From assembly GCA_951406725.2 (NCBI GenBank), contig OX597828.1, positions 60,202,001 to 60,266,000 on the forward strand: 64,000 nucleotides of DNA, in the 5' to 3' direction. Position 1 is the stretch's first letter, and each line of letters starts with the position of its first letter. The position numbers and the translations under genes were made by a program. The DNA comes from Octopus vulgaris (taxonomy: Eukaryota). Shown here piece by piece: positions 1 to 11,880 of the stretch. The notes under the pieces were generated by a model. It was not told where the DNA came from, did no database searches, and saw nothing but the letters and a program-made list of their open reading frames with translations.

Positions 1-620
1 CAGAAATAGGTGTGCTGCAGTAGAGGAGATTCATGGCTACCCAGCGAGAGAAAAGAGAGTGAGAGAATGGGAAACAGCAAAAGTGCAAGAGAGAGCAGGA
101 AAGAGATGGTGAAGTGCCATGGTGTACTCACAAGTAACAAGGATCAGAGCATAGATGTGATGGTGAAGTAAGGAAGAGAGAGGTCATAATATACACACTC
201 AGGTATTGCCTAGAAGGGGCAAGTAGAGAGTGTGGATTGCAGTGACTGGCGAAAACCTGAGTATAAAAATGGGGTGGGGAAAAGCAGTGATCAGGGCAGT
301 GTGGGCAGGGAAGGGGATTAGAAGACAATTACAGTTTATGAAGAGGAAATGTGAGGAAAAGAAAGATGCAGTTTAGAAGAGATGTAGTTTGGTTTCTTGG
401 AGCAGGGTGTGTGAAAATTTTGTTGGTACATATGGGTGGGACACAATGCTTCTAGCACTTAGTTTCACTGACTTGTGTTGGTCTTTTCTAGAACCTCATA
501 TCACTAAACATCTTGGTCCATTGTCATTTCCTGCATGAGCCCTAACATTGTAAGATCAGTCCTCACCACTTTATCCCTTGTCTTCCTAAGTCTCCCTCTT
601 CTACAGGTACCATCCACTTT
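1..620 (-). mobile_element. RTE-clade LINE 3' end (ORF C-terminus plus 3' UTR), truncated by window edge
   Basis: Minus ORF 504-734 contains VDGTCRRGRLRKTRDKVVRTDL..LGL..EMT, the same C-terminus as the RTE copies at 14330-14460 and 19557-19740; 1-480 is homologous to 49350-49820 and 23380-23650. Confidence 0.75.
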
Positions 621-2431
621 ATTTTTGCAGATTTCAATCTGTTGATTTTTGCTAATGGTATTATTTTTGCTGTTTATCTGTAGACATTCAACAAAGTTCC
701 TGACTTCAAAGCATGTGTCACTGACTAACATCATTTATTGTTCCTTTAGCATAACTTTGAATTTGTTGGATACTTTTTTTGTATTTCATAATGCTGTATA
801 TTTGTATTCCTAAACTGTTTCATTCTGACCATTATATTGAATCTATGTTTTTATGTTCTCTTTAATATGAACATCTATCAACCAAGATACATATTTCATA
901 TGCATTTATTATATTGGTTAATGTATATTATATTATAGTATTGTATTTAATTTTATAGTATCACTTACATTCTATTTCTCTCCCCTTTAATTAATTGGAC
1001 TGATTTTTTTACATATCCCTATGAACATACGTATATTTAATTTTTAAAAAAATTTTCTGTATGCCCTTGTATATTTCAAAATTGAATTTTGTCCGTTGTA
1101 TTAGAATCAACTTTTTTCTGTTATTTTGTGCTTTTCCATACTCTATTCTTCTTAGCTTCTATGCATTTTCTTCCTTCTTTTTCTTACATGACTGTAAATT
1201 TCCTCCCTTGTAGTAAGTTCATTTATTCATTTAAAGAAAACAAGCCATACAATGCTTCAGATGAAAAACACCCATGGGTTGCACAGTTGTAATTCTATAT
1301 GTCCATTTTTATACAATCGTAGAATTGGAAGAGCTTAAAATGGTCTTTTAGAAAAGAATATTGTCAATTCTCTAAAAGTGATATGGAAAGATAATGCTGC
1401 AGCAGGTTGAAAACGTTAACTTTATTGACAGGTCATTTAAAACTAACATAAAAAGAACCTTCTAAATTAGGACTGAAAGTAATAAATGAAATAAAGGGAA
1501 ACTGTAGATCAGAACCCACATATAAGTCTAGATTCATTAATATATGTTTCGCTAATAATGTTGCTAGTTTATCACCTGAAACTGAAGTTGCACAATAAAG
1601 ACAGGTAAACATTCAAAGTCAGGCTGGGATCACAACTAAAATTCTGTTTTTGCAAAGAACTATCTCACAGACTATTGTAGTTATAAAGTGCAGCACTATC
1701 AATTAATTAACAGAAACTCAGAAACAGTTAAAATATGACTTAAATCCCAACTTTCATTAATTGAACCAAGAACTAATAGTGACAGAAGTAAAATAAAAAA
1801 TGAATCTGCCGAGAATAAACTGAAACAACTGCAGCAGAAGAAAGAGGCTTGTAACTACCTTGCTCAAGTTTGTGAACATGGAAAATCTTTCTTACATATA
1901 ATAAACACAATGTGTCCTATCAGTTACACTTGGGGGAAAGAAGAGTAAAAAAACAAAGGGAGTGGGAATGAGTGTCAGTCAGAGACAGTAAAGCAAACAA
2001 ACAGCCTTTAAAGATTTTGCCCTGAAAGACACTGGTATTTGAATCAAAAACTGCAAAGTTTTATCATAAATTGTAATTTACTTTCTCAATTTCACGCACA
2101 CACACACACACACGAATGTCTATATGAAATTAGATATTAAACACTTTCAAAATATTATTCCCTTAACATACAGATAGATGTTATGTGAATGAGAATATAT
2201 ATACACTTTCATTTTATTGATTTTAATCCATTTTTTCATGTTTTCCTTTTCTGAAACAAGCCCTTACTTCCTTTTCCAAGTAAAGATAACATATTTTACT
2301 GATTTCATTGAACTAAAAAATGTAAACAAGCATGCATGTGCGTGTACACATTCACAGACATATACACATATTTATATGTATGCACATCCATAGGTATATA
2401 TAAATATTATGCATATGTATGAGTGTATGTA

Positions 2432-2477
<46 letters not shown>

Positions 2478-2631
2478 TATACAGGGAGAGAGGGGGGATA
2501 GTGAGCTATGTCTATATGTAAATGTGTATGTATGCATCTATGCATCTTTCCCCCTCCCTATCTCTCTCTCTCTCCATATATATATATATATATATATATA
2601 TACTTCATTGAAAAGCAGCAGAAATATCACA

Positions 2632-2677
2632 AAAACTGTTACTCAGAGTTTCATGTTCCCGTTCGTCAGGCAGTTTT
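2632..2677 (-). ncRNA. Minimal type-I hammerhead ribozyme (slightly degenerate)
   Basis: Minus strand reads AAAACTG-C-CTGACGA-ACGGGAACAT-GAAA-CTCTGAG-TA-ACAGTTTT: stem I, CUGANGA core, short stem II (ACG/CAT, imperfect), GAAA, stem III, GUA site; stem I closing pair is mismatched. Confidence 0.6.
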
Positions 2678-2684
2678 GTTTAGA

Positions 2685-2715
<31 letters not shown>

Positions 2716-2771
2716 CATATATACATATATATACTTTGTGATGGCATAAATATAAATATATATATATATAT

Positions 2772-2830
<59 letters not shown>

Positions 2831-4143
2831 ATCAATAATTAGTATTTAATGTGTCCTTCTTTTGCTTTTATAACTGCTTTTATGCATTTTTGCATACTTG
2901 AGACTAAGGTGGCGCAAGTGACTGAATCAATTTTTTACCACTCTTCATGAATTTTGGCTACTAATTCACTTTTTGAAGACAGTATAATAAACATATAAAA
3001 TTTGTACAAGTGTCAGAATTTCAATTATGCATAGTAAAGTGGTGGAAATGAATGGGATGTTATCATTGAAAATTTTAGCTAAGGAAGGTTGATAAACTTG
3101 ATCTAACATGTTGGTGTAAATGTTAAAATTCATTCTGCCCTCATATGTGAACATTCCTGGGCCTGAAGATGACATACAACTCCAAACTATTATGCTTTCT
3201 CCTCCAAATTTCCCCAACTTTATGGCAAACATAAACAGCTGCAGGTGTTCCAAAGATCTGAGCAGAAAAAGATTTACTGCTTATTTCTGGTATCCAATAA
3301 AAAATTTGTACAAGTGTAAGAATTTCAATTACGCATAGTAAAGTGGTGGAAATGAATGTGGAGAACCTACATCAAAGTTACTTTCATCAGACCAAACAAC
3401 TTTACACCAATCATCATCAGTCCAATCTTCATGCTCTTTTACCCCAAACAATTGCTTTTTTTTCATGTTCACCTCACACAGCAACAGCTTCTTTCTGGCC
3501 CTACATCCTTTGAGCCCGGCTTCTAATAACCTTCTTCTCACTGTGCAAGTTGATATATCCTTGTTTGTTGCTACCCAAAACTCAGCAGCTATGTCAGAAG
3601 AGGTATTTTTCCTATCTGCCAGAGATGTCCTCTTCAGCAACCTGTCTTCCCTCATGGTTGTACACCTTTGCAACCTTGTCCTTTACAGTTTTTGAAAGAA
3701 TTGGTCTCATTGTACCTTTTGAGGGACCTTTTCTTGAGCATTTCAGTTGTCTTGCAATTTCAACTTGTGTGAATCCTTCACTGGGTAATGCAATGATTTG
3801 AGTCCTTTCAGCTTCAGAAATCTATTTCTTCGGATACATTTTCAACAAATATTAACCACTGATAATTTATCAATGAGATATTCACTGAAAAAATGATGGC
3901 AAAAAACGTTTCTGTCACACAATGATTGGCAGAAAATTGACCCAGCCACTTGTGCCAACTTAGTCTCAAGTATGCAAAAACACATTAAAGCAGTTATAAA
4001 AGTAAAAAGAGGACATATTAAATATAATATTGATAATTATTGATAGGATAGACTCTAGAATATTTATTTACTGTTTTCAATTATTGAGTTTCAATTATAT
4101 TATCTATTTTTTCCTACCTGTTCCATAATTATAGCCAGGGCTG
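2831..4143 (-). mobile_element. Tc1-family DNA transposon, defective, intron-containing, with long inverted repeats
   Basis: Minus ORFs give HTH, TVRRRLLEAGLKGCRARKK, VVWSDESNF and KFGGESIIVWSCM; about 110 bp inverted repeat 2831-2936 vs 3932-4044; right terminus ...ccataattatagccagggCTG|TA. Confidence 0.9.
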
Positions 4144-4146
4144 TAT

Positions 4147-4209
4147 AGATAACCGAAGAGATGGTGTTGTGGATTTCCACTTCGGCATCTGAAACTCAGA
4201 GTTTTATCT
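4147..4209 (+). ncRNA. Type-I hammerhead-like motif, variant core
   Basis: AGATAA-CCGAAGA-gatg..gtgg attt ccac..catc t-GAAA-CTCAGAG-TT-TTATCT: 6-bp stem I, U4C core variant, GUU site. Confidence 0.55.
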
Positions 4210-4305
4210 TGACTACCGAGTAATGTAACATATTGTATAGATAAATTTCCTCTATTTACATAATATTGAGGTCTCTTTCTTTCTTTTGTTATCTTACCGT
4301 TTTAT

Positions 4306-4354
<49 letters not shown>

Positions 4355-4430
4355 TATATATATTAAAAAAAAAACTGTATGCAAGCAACAATAAATCTCT
4401 GAACGAGATGTAAACAGTAATTGCACGACA

Positions 4431-4546
4431 ATGTAAGGTATACTAACCATCTCAAAAGCCAGCTGGAGACGATGATCTCCTGGGACTACAAGCTACAGTA
4501 ACACCCACCCTTAGTGGTTAGCTGTATTGAGATGGCTAGTATACCT

Positions 4547-4551
<5 letters not shown>
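4431..4551. repeat. Small foldback / MITE-like hairpin
   Basis: atgtaaggtatactaaccatctcaa (4431-4455) is the reverse complement of 4527-4551 with 1 mismatch. Confidence 0.75.
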
Positions 4552-4583
<32 letters not shown>

Positions 4584-4619
4584 AGGTATATGTGTACATA
4601 TATATATATATACATACGT

Positions 4620-6440
4620 ATAGTTGAAATTCACAGAAAAACAAGACAAAGACAGGTGTATGAACAACAAGCAGATGTATTAGTTTGACACTCAGGAAAG
4701 TGAGAAAGTATTTTATGTTTTTTGAGCCTGCGCTCTTCAACAGAAAGGAATAAGAGAAAATAAACTGGGAGAGAAATAACTTGTGGATTTAGCGATCAAG
4801 CATGGCGACTGGTTGTAAAAAATGGTTTGACCGGAGAGGTAGAAAGAAGGGGAAATAATAAAGTATTGGTGATCCCAAAACAAAGGTACGCATATGTGTG
4901 TGTGTGTAGATGTGCATCTAATGTGTGGGTGTGTGGATGATGGTGTGTGGTTGTGAAGATGATGGTGAGGGTGCTGGGAAGAGGTCAGTGCTAGTGTGTG
5001 TGGAGTGGTGTAGGGTGGGTTGGGGTAGTGGAGGTGTTGAGTGTGGGTGGAAAGGATATGAATGAAGAGAGAAGGTGGGTAGAAGTGAAGAGAAACGTAT
5101 GTGTCAGATGTAGAGAGGAGAGGAGTTGAGCCTATGTGGCATGGAGACAGAAGATTAATTCCTGTTCATGGCAAAGGCAGGAGTCCAGATGGCCCCTGTG
5201 CAAAGACAATCCAAGCACAGACAGGTGTTGTAGTGAATGACCAATAGAGTGGAAATGGCATGAGACCAGGGTGTCATTGCTGAGTCTGATGTCTCAGAGG
5301 TGCTCCGTGAACTGGTCATCCAAACAGCGTCCCGTTTGACCAATGTACAGAGAAGGGCAGAAAGAGCAGGAGATGCAGTAAATGACATTGCTAGAAGTGC
5401 AGGTAAAGGAGTTGGTGATATGATAGGGACAATGATTGGCATCTGTGAGGATGGTGGTATTGGAGAGGTAGGGGCAAGCACAGCAGCAGAGGAACAAGCC
5501 AGGTTGTGAGGTGGGGTTAGGGAAGAAACTGTGGACCAGGAGGTCATGCAGGTTGTGGGCTTATTTGTATGTTGGAAGGGGTAGGTTGGGAAGATGTGCA
5601 AGATGGAGTGGTCAGACTGGAGTCGCTGGAAGGCTCAGAGAATGGTGCGTTGGAGGGGCGGTAGGTGAGGGGAAACAGCAGATGGGCAGTGGCAGGGCAG
5701 GTGCAGTGAGAGAGAGAGCAGTCATGGTCCACAGAAGGTGCTCTGGCAAGAGCTGTGTAGATAGTGGTGAGGGGATATCGACGAAGGATGAAGTGGCGAG
5801 CCATGAGTTGAGACTGAGTCTCAGTCATGGTTGTCACTGCAGAGCCTGTGCAGATGGAGGAATTGGGAGTAGGGGATGGAAAGCTTAGTGTGGGTAGGGT
5901 GGGAGGAGAAGTTAAGGTATTAGTGTGAGTCAGTGTGTTTGTAGTGGATGGAGGTAGTGAGAGCGGAGTGGTGTATGTTGACTGAAATGTCGAGAAATGT
6001 GATGGAAGTGTTGGAAATAGTGCAGGAGAATTCGAGGGCAGGATGGAAGGATTAGACAAAAGAGTGGAAGGAGTCTAGTTGTTCACGGAAGAGTGAGGTC
6101 GCACTGATACAGTCATCAATATAACAACTGTATAGTTTTGGAGTGGGAGCAGTGAATTATGAGAATATTTGGGCCTCAATGTAGCTAGCAAACAGGTTTG
6201 CATAGTTAGAGCCCATTCTCATTCCCATGGCCACTCTCTAGACCTGTTGGTAAAAATCTCCCTCGAACAAGAAGCAGTTGAGGGAGAGAACAAGTTCAGC
6301 CAGACAAAGAAGTGTGGAGGTGTTAGGCTGGGGGTTGGGTTGAAGGTCTAGGAAGTGCAAGAAGTCCTTTGTTGTGTGGGATCACTGTGTATAGACTCTT
6401 GATATCAAGAATGAAGAGAAGTTTAGAGGTACCAAGAAGG
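4620..6440 (-). mobile_element. Penelope-like element (RT C-terminal half, GIY-YIG endonuclease, 3' terminal region), decayed
   Basis: Minus ORF 5294-5497 FTCTSSNVIYCISCSFCPSLYIGQTGRCL..QFTEH (GIY-YIG); minus-strand GMRMGSNYANLF and YIDDCI RT motifs at about 6100-6230. Confidence 0.9.
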
Positions 6441-6699
6441 AAGGAACTACTACTATATATATGTGTGTGTGTGTGTGTGTATATGTATATATGCCTATAT
6501 TTATGTATATGTATGTATGTGTGTATGTATATATATATATATGTGTGTGTGTGTGTATATAGATAGATAGATAGATATAGATATATATAAATATATATAA
6601 TATATATATGTATGTATGTATGTATTTGTACACACACACAGTATGTGGACAATATTGTCACTCAAAATGGTACAACTGTATCTGATTCTTCAAGTCCTT

Positions 6700-7520
6700 C
6701 ACTTCTGTGAATGTACATTTATTTACGAGATTGCTAGCATTTATCATTGGTTTCTCTCATCGCGTTGATGTGCCATTTTCTGTCATTAATAAAACTGTCA
6801 GCATTTTTGACAACATAAGAGTATTTGGCTTGAAAGATGCTGCTGTAGAGAGAGTAAATCATATCAAAAGCTTATCATGGAATACCAGCAAGTTTATGGC
6901 ATCCTACCTTGAATGTCACCTTCATGCATTTCAAGAACAAGAGATCTTCACCATTTATTTCCAGCATAAAAGACACAACATTGATGGGCAAGAATTGTAT
7001 GCTCTGTGAATCTAAATCTGAAGACATCAACCACATTTCTCCAACTGCAAGAGAAGGCTTTTAGATACTATCTTCCCATGATGCAGTGTCCAAAGCAGTC
7101 TGAAATAGAATAAGTATAAAGAAAATACCAGCTGACAAAGTTGACTTGAAACCAATGGGCCAAAAGAATATTGATGGACCTTTAAGAAAAAACAACCACT
7201 GAGTCAAAACACAATCAGCCAGATATTGTTCTGTGAGACCACAAGAGAAAATTTGTTTTGTTTTGAAAATCAGTTGTGACCTGAAAAATACCATAGAAAG
7301 AAAACATCTAAAGACCATTAATGAGGAGTTTGCAAATCCAGTACCCAAGATAGATTTTTGTTTCATACTTGTTATTGGAACAACAGTATACATACCAGTT
7401 TACCTGGAGCGGATTTTGGCTGAATTTGGGGTCTTTGAGAGAGATTGTGACTCCTTAATTCTTATGCTACAAATGATCATAATATCAGGGACAATAAAAA
7501 TCTACAGGCCTTAAGATTTT
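6700..7520 (+). mobile_element. R4/Dong-like non-LTR retrotransposon 3' fragment (CCHC plus restriction-like endonuclease)
   Basis: Broken frames read LHAFQEQEI, CMLC..K.EDINHI..C, HDAVSKAV, KHNQPDIVL and ..VIGT; typical RLE-clade C-terminus. Confidence 0.65.
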
Positions 7521-7626
7521 AAGGATAAAGGCAACAGGATTGTTGCCTTCAGAACCTTGTTGCCAAGCAAGTGGCTGCTCAAAATTAACAAGAGAGAAAG
7601 AATACATACACACATTCACTCACTCT

Positions 7627-7667
<41 letters not shown>

Positions 7668-7915
7668 TAGTTATATCAATGTAGTTTGTTTATCAGTGTC
7701 CTTGCAATAATTCTATTTTATAGCCATCAGGCAACATTGATGTTTCTTTTTTAGCCAGTTACCTTCAATCTGTCTTTTCTGTGATGTATGTGTGTGTATA
7801 TGAGAGTTTTTTTAGTTTATTTCAGCAATGTCCTGTTTTGTGTCAACTATGTATATGTTCACTAGTTGAATTGTATTTTAATAAACTTCATAATTTTCTT
7901 CTTTTTTTTATATAG

Positions 7916-7983
7916 CTCTCTCACTGATCTGACATACCTAGGTGCAGGTGAAAACAATCTAAGTACATTACCACAAGAAATAG
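7916..7983 (+). CDS. SHOC2: SHOC2/Sur-8 leucine-rich repeat scaffold, internal coding exon (68 nt)
   Basis: Polypyrimidine tract + TAG acceptor, G|GTAAAG donor; encodes SLTDLTYLGAGENNLSTLPQEIG, matching my recollection of human SHOC2 [23 protein letters not shown]; phase-compatible with the exon at 34476. Confidence 0.93.
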
Positions 7984-8283
7984 GTAAAGTTTTCAATATT
8001 ATTATTTGTAGCAAATACCATAGTATTAAAAGTAAGCATCTGATGATCTAAGTCCAAATGCCAGCATTGTTTTTTTTTCAGTTGATGCCATCTGACTCCA
8101 CAAAACCCAAGAATTGTGCCAAAATAACAAATATCAAGCAAAGTAGTTATTTTCCTTCTAACTATCTAGCATTGTGCCTCCAAATAATATATAGTGTGTG
8201 TGTGCATTTCTATATATACATTTGTATGTATATATGTAGTTGTATCTCTCTTTCCTTGTCTCTCTACCTTTATATATATATAA

Positions 8284-9003
8284 GCACGACCTTCGGACGT
8301 TAGGTCTCACCATGGAAATGACTAGAGACCGAGACCTATGGAAGTATGCTGTGCGTGAGAAGACCCGGCAAGACTAGTGAAGCCATAATCCGTGGCCCCT
8401 ACCTGGGACGTAGTCAGTCCACCTGTGCATACCTTCCTTCTTGTGACACTTGTGAAGACCTGTTGAGGCAAGTGAGAATCGAATCGAATCAAATCAAATC
8501 AAATCGAACCAAATCAAAATAGATGAACATCAATGGAATTTGTATCCTTGTGGTACCAGTGCCGGTGGCACATAAGAAAACCATCCGAACGTGACCGTAG
8601 CCAGTACCGCAACGACTGGCCTCCGTGCTGAGGGCACGTAACAAACACCATCTGAGCGTGGCCGTCCGCCAGCCTCGTCTGGCACCTGTGTCGGTGACAC
8701 ATAAGAAAACACCATCCGAGCATGGCCGTCAGCCAGCCTCGTCTGGCACCTGTGTCGGTGGCACATAAAAAACACCATCCGAGCGTGGCCGTCTGCCAGC
8801 CTCGTCTGGCACCTGTGTCGATGGCACATAAAATCACCCACTACACTCTCGGAGTGGTTGGCGTTAGGAAGGGCATCCAGCTGTAGAAACACTGCCAGAT
8901 CTGACTGGCCTGGTGCAGCCTTCGGGCTTGCCAGACCCCAGTTGAACCGTCCAACCCATGCTAGCATGGAAAGCGGACGTTAAACGATGATGATGATGAT
9001 GAT
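8284..9003 (+). mobile_element. Young 5'-truncated RTE LINE copy (ORF end, 3' UTR with ~58-bp tandem units, (GAT)n tail)
   Basis: Begins in the ORF end (KHDLRTLGLTMEMTRDRDLWKYAVREKTRQD*); (GAATC/AAATC)n microsatellite; 3-4 tandem units accatccgagcgtggccgt.gccagcctcgtctggcacctgtgtcggtggcacat; ends taaacgatgatgat. Confidence 0.9.
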
Positions 9004-10252
9004 GAGTCATCCCATAAATAATGCAGTTTTTTCAATTGCAGTTGAGGGGGGATGGAATAAACTGCCTGCATCAACTTGCTATAAAAGCAGGTATAATTTT
9101 ACCTTGTACTTATTCTTAGTGCAAGTTTTGAAGAGTACAGTTCTATTTTAACAGTTATTTTTTCAAAGCTATAATGGAAGTGACAAAGGCATATTTTGCT
9201 TTATGAGTTCAATAAAAGCAACAGAAAGTGTGAGGAATACTAATGCAGTAAATGAAGATTGGACAATAAGTGTAAGCCAGTTGTGCTTCTAGAAATTTCA
9301 AGTTGTAAACTACAGCCTAGAAGACGAGCCTTGTCCTGGAAGATCTGTCGAACTCAACGAGGACATGCTGCAAACTCTGGTGGAACAAAATCCCATCGTA
9401 ACCATTGAGGAACTAGCAAAGAAGCTTGGATCTGATCGTTCAACCATTCATCAATAGCTGCATGCTATTGTAAAAGTTAGAAAATTGGGTCAATAGGTTT
9501 GTCACAAACTTTCCGAGTCTAATTGCACACAGAGAGTGAATATGTGCTCTTCTTTGCAGTCATGTCTCATGAATGAACTTTTTTTGGACCGAATAGTGAC
9601 TGGTGACGAGAAATGGGTTCTCTATAAAGATATCAAGCACCAAAGACTGTGAGTAGGGAAAGGAGAAAGACCGGCACCCCAGGCTAAAGAAGGTCTTCCC
9701 CCACGTATGGTGTTGTTATCTGTTTGGTGGGATTTGAAAGGTTTAGTCCACTTTGAACTTTTAAACCCAAACCAAATGATAAGAAAGATCTACTGTGAGC
9801 AGCTTGAGTGGTTTAAATCAGTGGTAGAAGGAAAAATGACCATCTTTGGTTTCAAGACGAAAAGTGTTCTTCCATCAGGATAATGCTTGGCCACATACAG
9901 CAAGGATGACATTCCAAAGGCTGGAAAAGTTTGAATGGGAAACAATGCCCCAACCCTCCATATTTGCCAGACATTGCCCCATCTGATTATCATTTATTCC
10001 TCAGTCTTCAAAATCGTTTAGATGGAAAAAATATGAATTCTGTAGATGAGACAGAATAGTACGGAAGGAGTATTTTTCATCACATCACGGACAACTGAAT
10101 TGTGGAAGAGGGGCCTTGCAAGTCTACTGGATAGATGGAAGAGCATTGTAGAAAATGAAGGCGAGTATATTTTAAATAAAAAAAAAAGGACTTTATCTTA
10201 ATTTTGAAAAATAAAAGTATAAAATAACTGCATTATTAAAGAGATGACCCAA
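9003..10252 (+). mobile_element. mariner transposon, near full length, decayed
   Basis: TIRs gagtcatcccataaataatgcag ... ctgcattattaaagagatgacccaa|TA; motifs IVTGDEKWV, VLLSVWWD, FHQDNA, PDIAPSDYHLF. Confidence 0.9.
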
Positions 10253-10302
10253 TATATATATATATATAAAGTCCTTTTTTAATTAAAAATATACTCTCCT
10301 TC

Positions 10303-10338
<36 letters not shown>

Positions 10339-10375
10339 GTATATATATATATTCTCCTATAAATATATATATATA

Positions 10376-11590
10376 CAGGGTGCAGTAAATGCATTGTTGT
10401 CTAAATTATGCAAAAATGAAACTAACACTGATATCTCATTTTTACAGAATTATTTATCAAAATTATGTTAAAATATCATGAGTTATTAAAGAGTATTCAA
10501 TAAAATTGCCAATGGCTTCAACCTTGGCCTCTAGACGACTTCAGAATCTCCTGCAACTGTTCTGAACAGTCTCCTTGTTTAAGTTGGCGAATTCAGCCAT
10601 AATCCTTGCCTTCAGTTCATCTTTAGTGTTACAAAGGTTTTTCTTGGTCTCTTGTTCAACTGTGCCCCATGCATAATAATCAGGGGGTTACAGTCTGGGG
10701 AGTTAGGTGGCCTTATGTTAGGGGTGATGTGGTCACAGAAATTGTCTGGTATCCATGACTGGATTCTCCTGCATGTGTTTGCCTGACATAGGGTCTTCCA
10801 GCAGCCACCATCTTAACCCAGGGTAGCACTACCTCCTCCAGGCACTTGATGTAAGCCTCCGTGTTGAGTCTGAGGCAGAAATTTTTCTCGTCTGAGAAAA
10901 ACCAAAGCATGTTCTGTTGGAGGGGACACTTGGTTTTGTTCAAAAGCTTTGTAGTGTGATCTTTCCTCTTGTCCTTGATGGCTTTGGATAAAAATTGGCC
11001 CTTTCTCATCTTGTATGAGGAATACCAAATGTCTTCAAACACTACCTGCCTGATGAGTAATTCAGACTCTCCCATGACCCTAGCAATGGACCTGATTGAC
11101 TTGGAGGGATCATTGTCAGTCATGGCCTGGATCTCACCAACAAATTCAGAAGTTCTTTTCTTATCAGAATGATCAGAGTGAGTTTTCTGAGCTGCCATAC
11201 CTTGTAATCACCATCAGACTCATCCAACTCTTTCCAAATCCTCTGCACTGTCCTCAGATTGACACCCAAACACTCTGAAATGTTCATATTGGAGCTTCCA
11301 GCATGAATGCCAAGCAGTACAGCATGGTCATTTGCAAATTTCTGGCAGAGTGAATTGTGTCATGGTACTGTTTTTCTCGCACGTGGTGCCCAACTGACCC
11401 TGCTATACTGTGTAGTTGACAAAATCAAAAACAAACAATGCACATGCACAAAAAGAAAAATATAAAATGGTGACAATTTACCCATCAATCAGGTCCATCG
11501 CCAGGTACATGGGAGTGTCTGAATTACTCATCAGCCAGGTAGTAAATGAAGACATTTGGTATTTCTCATACAAGATGAGAAAGGGCCTAT
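10376..11590 (-). mobile_element. maT/DD37D-like Tc1-mariner element, internally deleted, with adjacent inverted internal piece
   Basis: TA|CAGGGTG terminus; minus ORF FFSDEKNF and YIKCLEEVVLPW; PPNSPDCNP; 11484-11588 is an inverted copy of 10997-11100. Confidence 0.75.
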
Positions 11591-11667
11591 ATATATATAT
11601 ATCTGGCCATGTAGTGCATATAGAAGATAAGATACCAAAGCATCTGTTCTATAGTGAGCTATATATT

Positions 11668-11880
11668 TAAGGTGGTGAGTTGGCAAAAACGTTAGCACAT
11701 CGGGCGAAATGCTTAGTGGTATTTTGTCTGCCGCTATGTTCTGAGTTCAAATTCTGCCAAAGTCAACTTTGCCTGTCATCCTTTTGGGATTGATTAAATA
11801 AGTACCAGTTACGCACTAGGGTTGATATAATCAATTTAATCCGCTTTGTATAGCCCCTTGTGGGCTGTAAAGAAATAAGA
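11668..11880 (+). mobile_element. tRNA-related SINE (octopus-type) inserted in an RTE remnant
   Basis: ggtggtgagttggcaaaaacgttagcac..gttctgagttcaaattc (B-box-like) ..aaataagtaccag..; flanked by an RTE C-terminal remnant ending ICKSLAGLKSH. Confidence 0.75.

Noticed and set aside
1290-2050. A-rich, ORF-like degenerate segment
   Set aside because: No open frame or motif I can assign; no upstream SHOC2 exon recognised here.
2352-2741. YIYI/CVCV-rich ORFs here and elsewhere (6323, 45680, 50060, 53178)
   Set aside because: Translations of (TA)n/(TG)n microsatellites.
4700-4750. Hammerhead at the Penelope 3' end (minus CTGTTGAA-gagc gcag gctc-AAAA)
   Set aside because: Core and GAAA are both altered in this copy; at most a relic.
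8540-8840. Tandem ~58-bp units as a CRISPR array or HDV-like ribozymes (CCAGCCTC..CTGGC resemblance)
   Set aside because: No unique spacers and eukaryotic LINE context; no P1/P1.1/P2 pairing could be built for an HDV fold.
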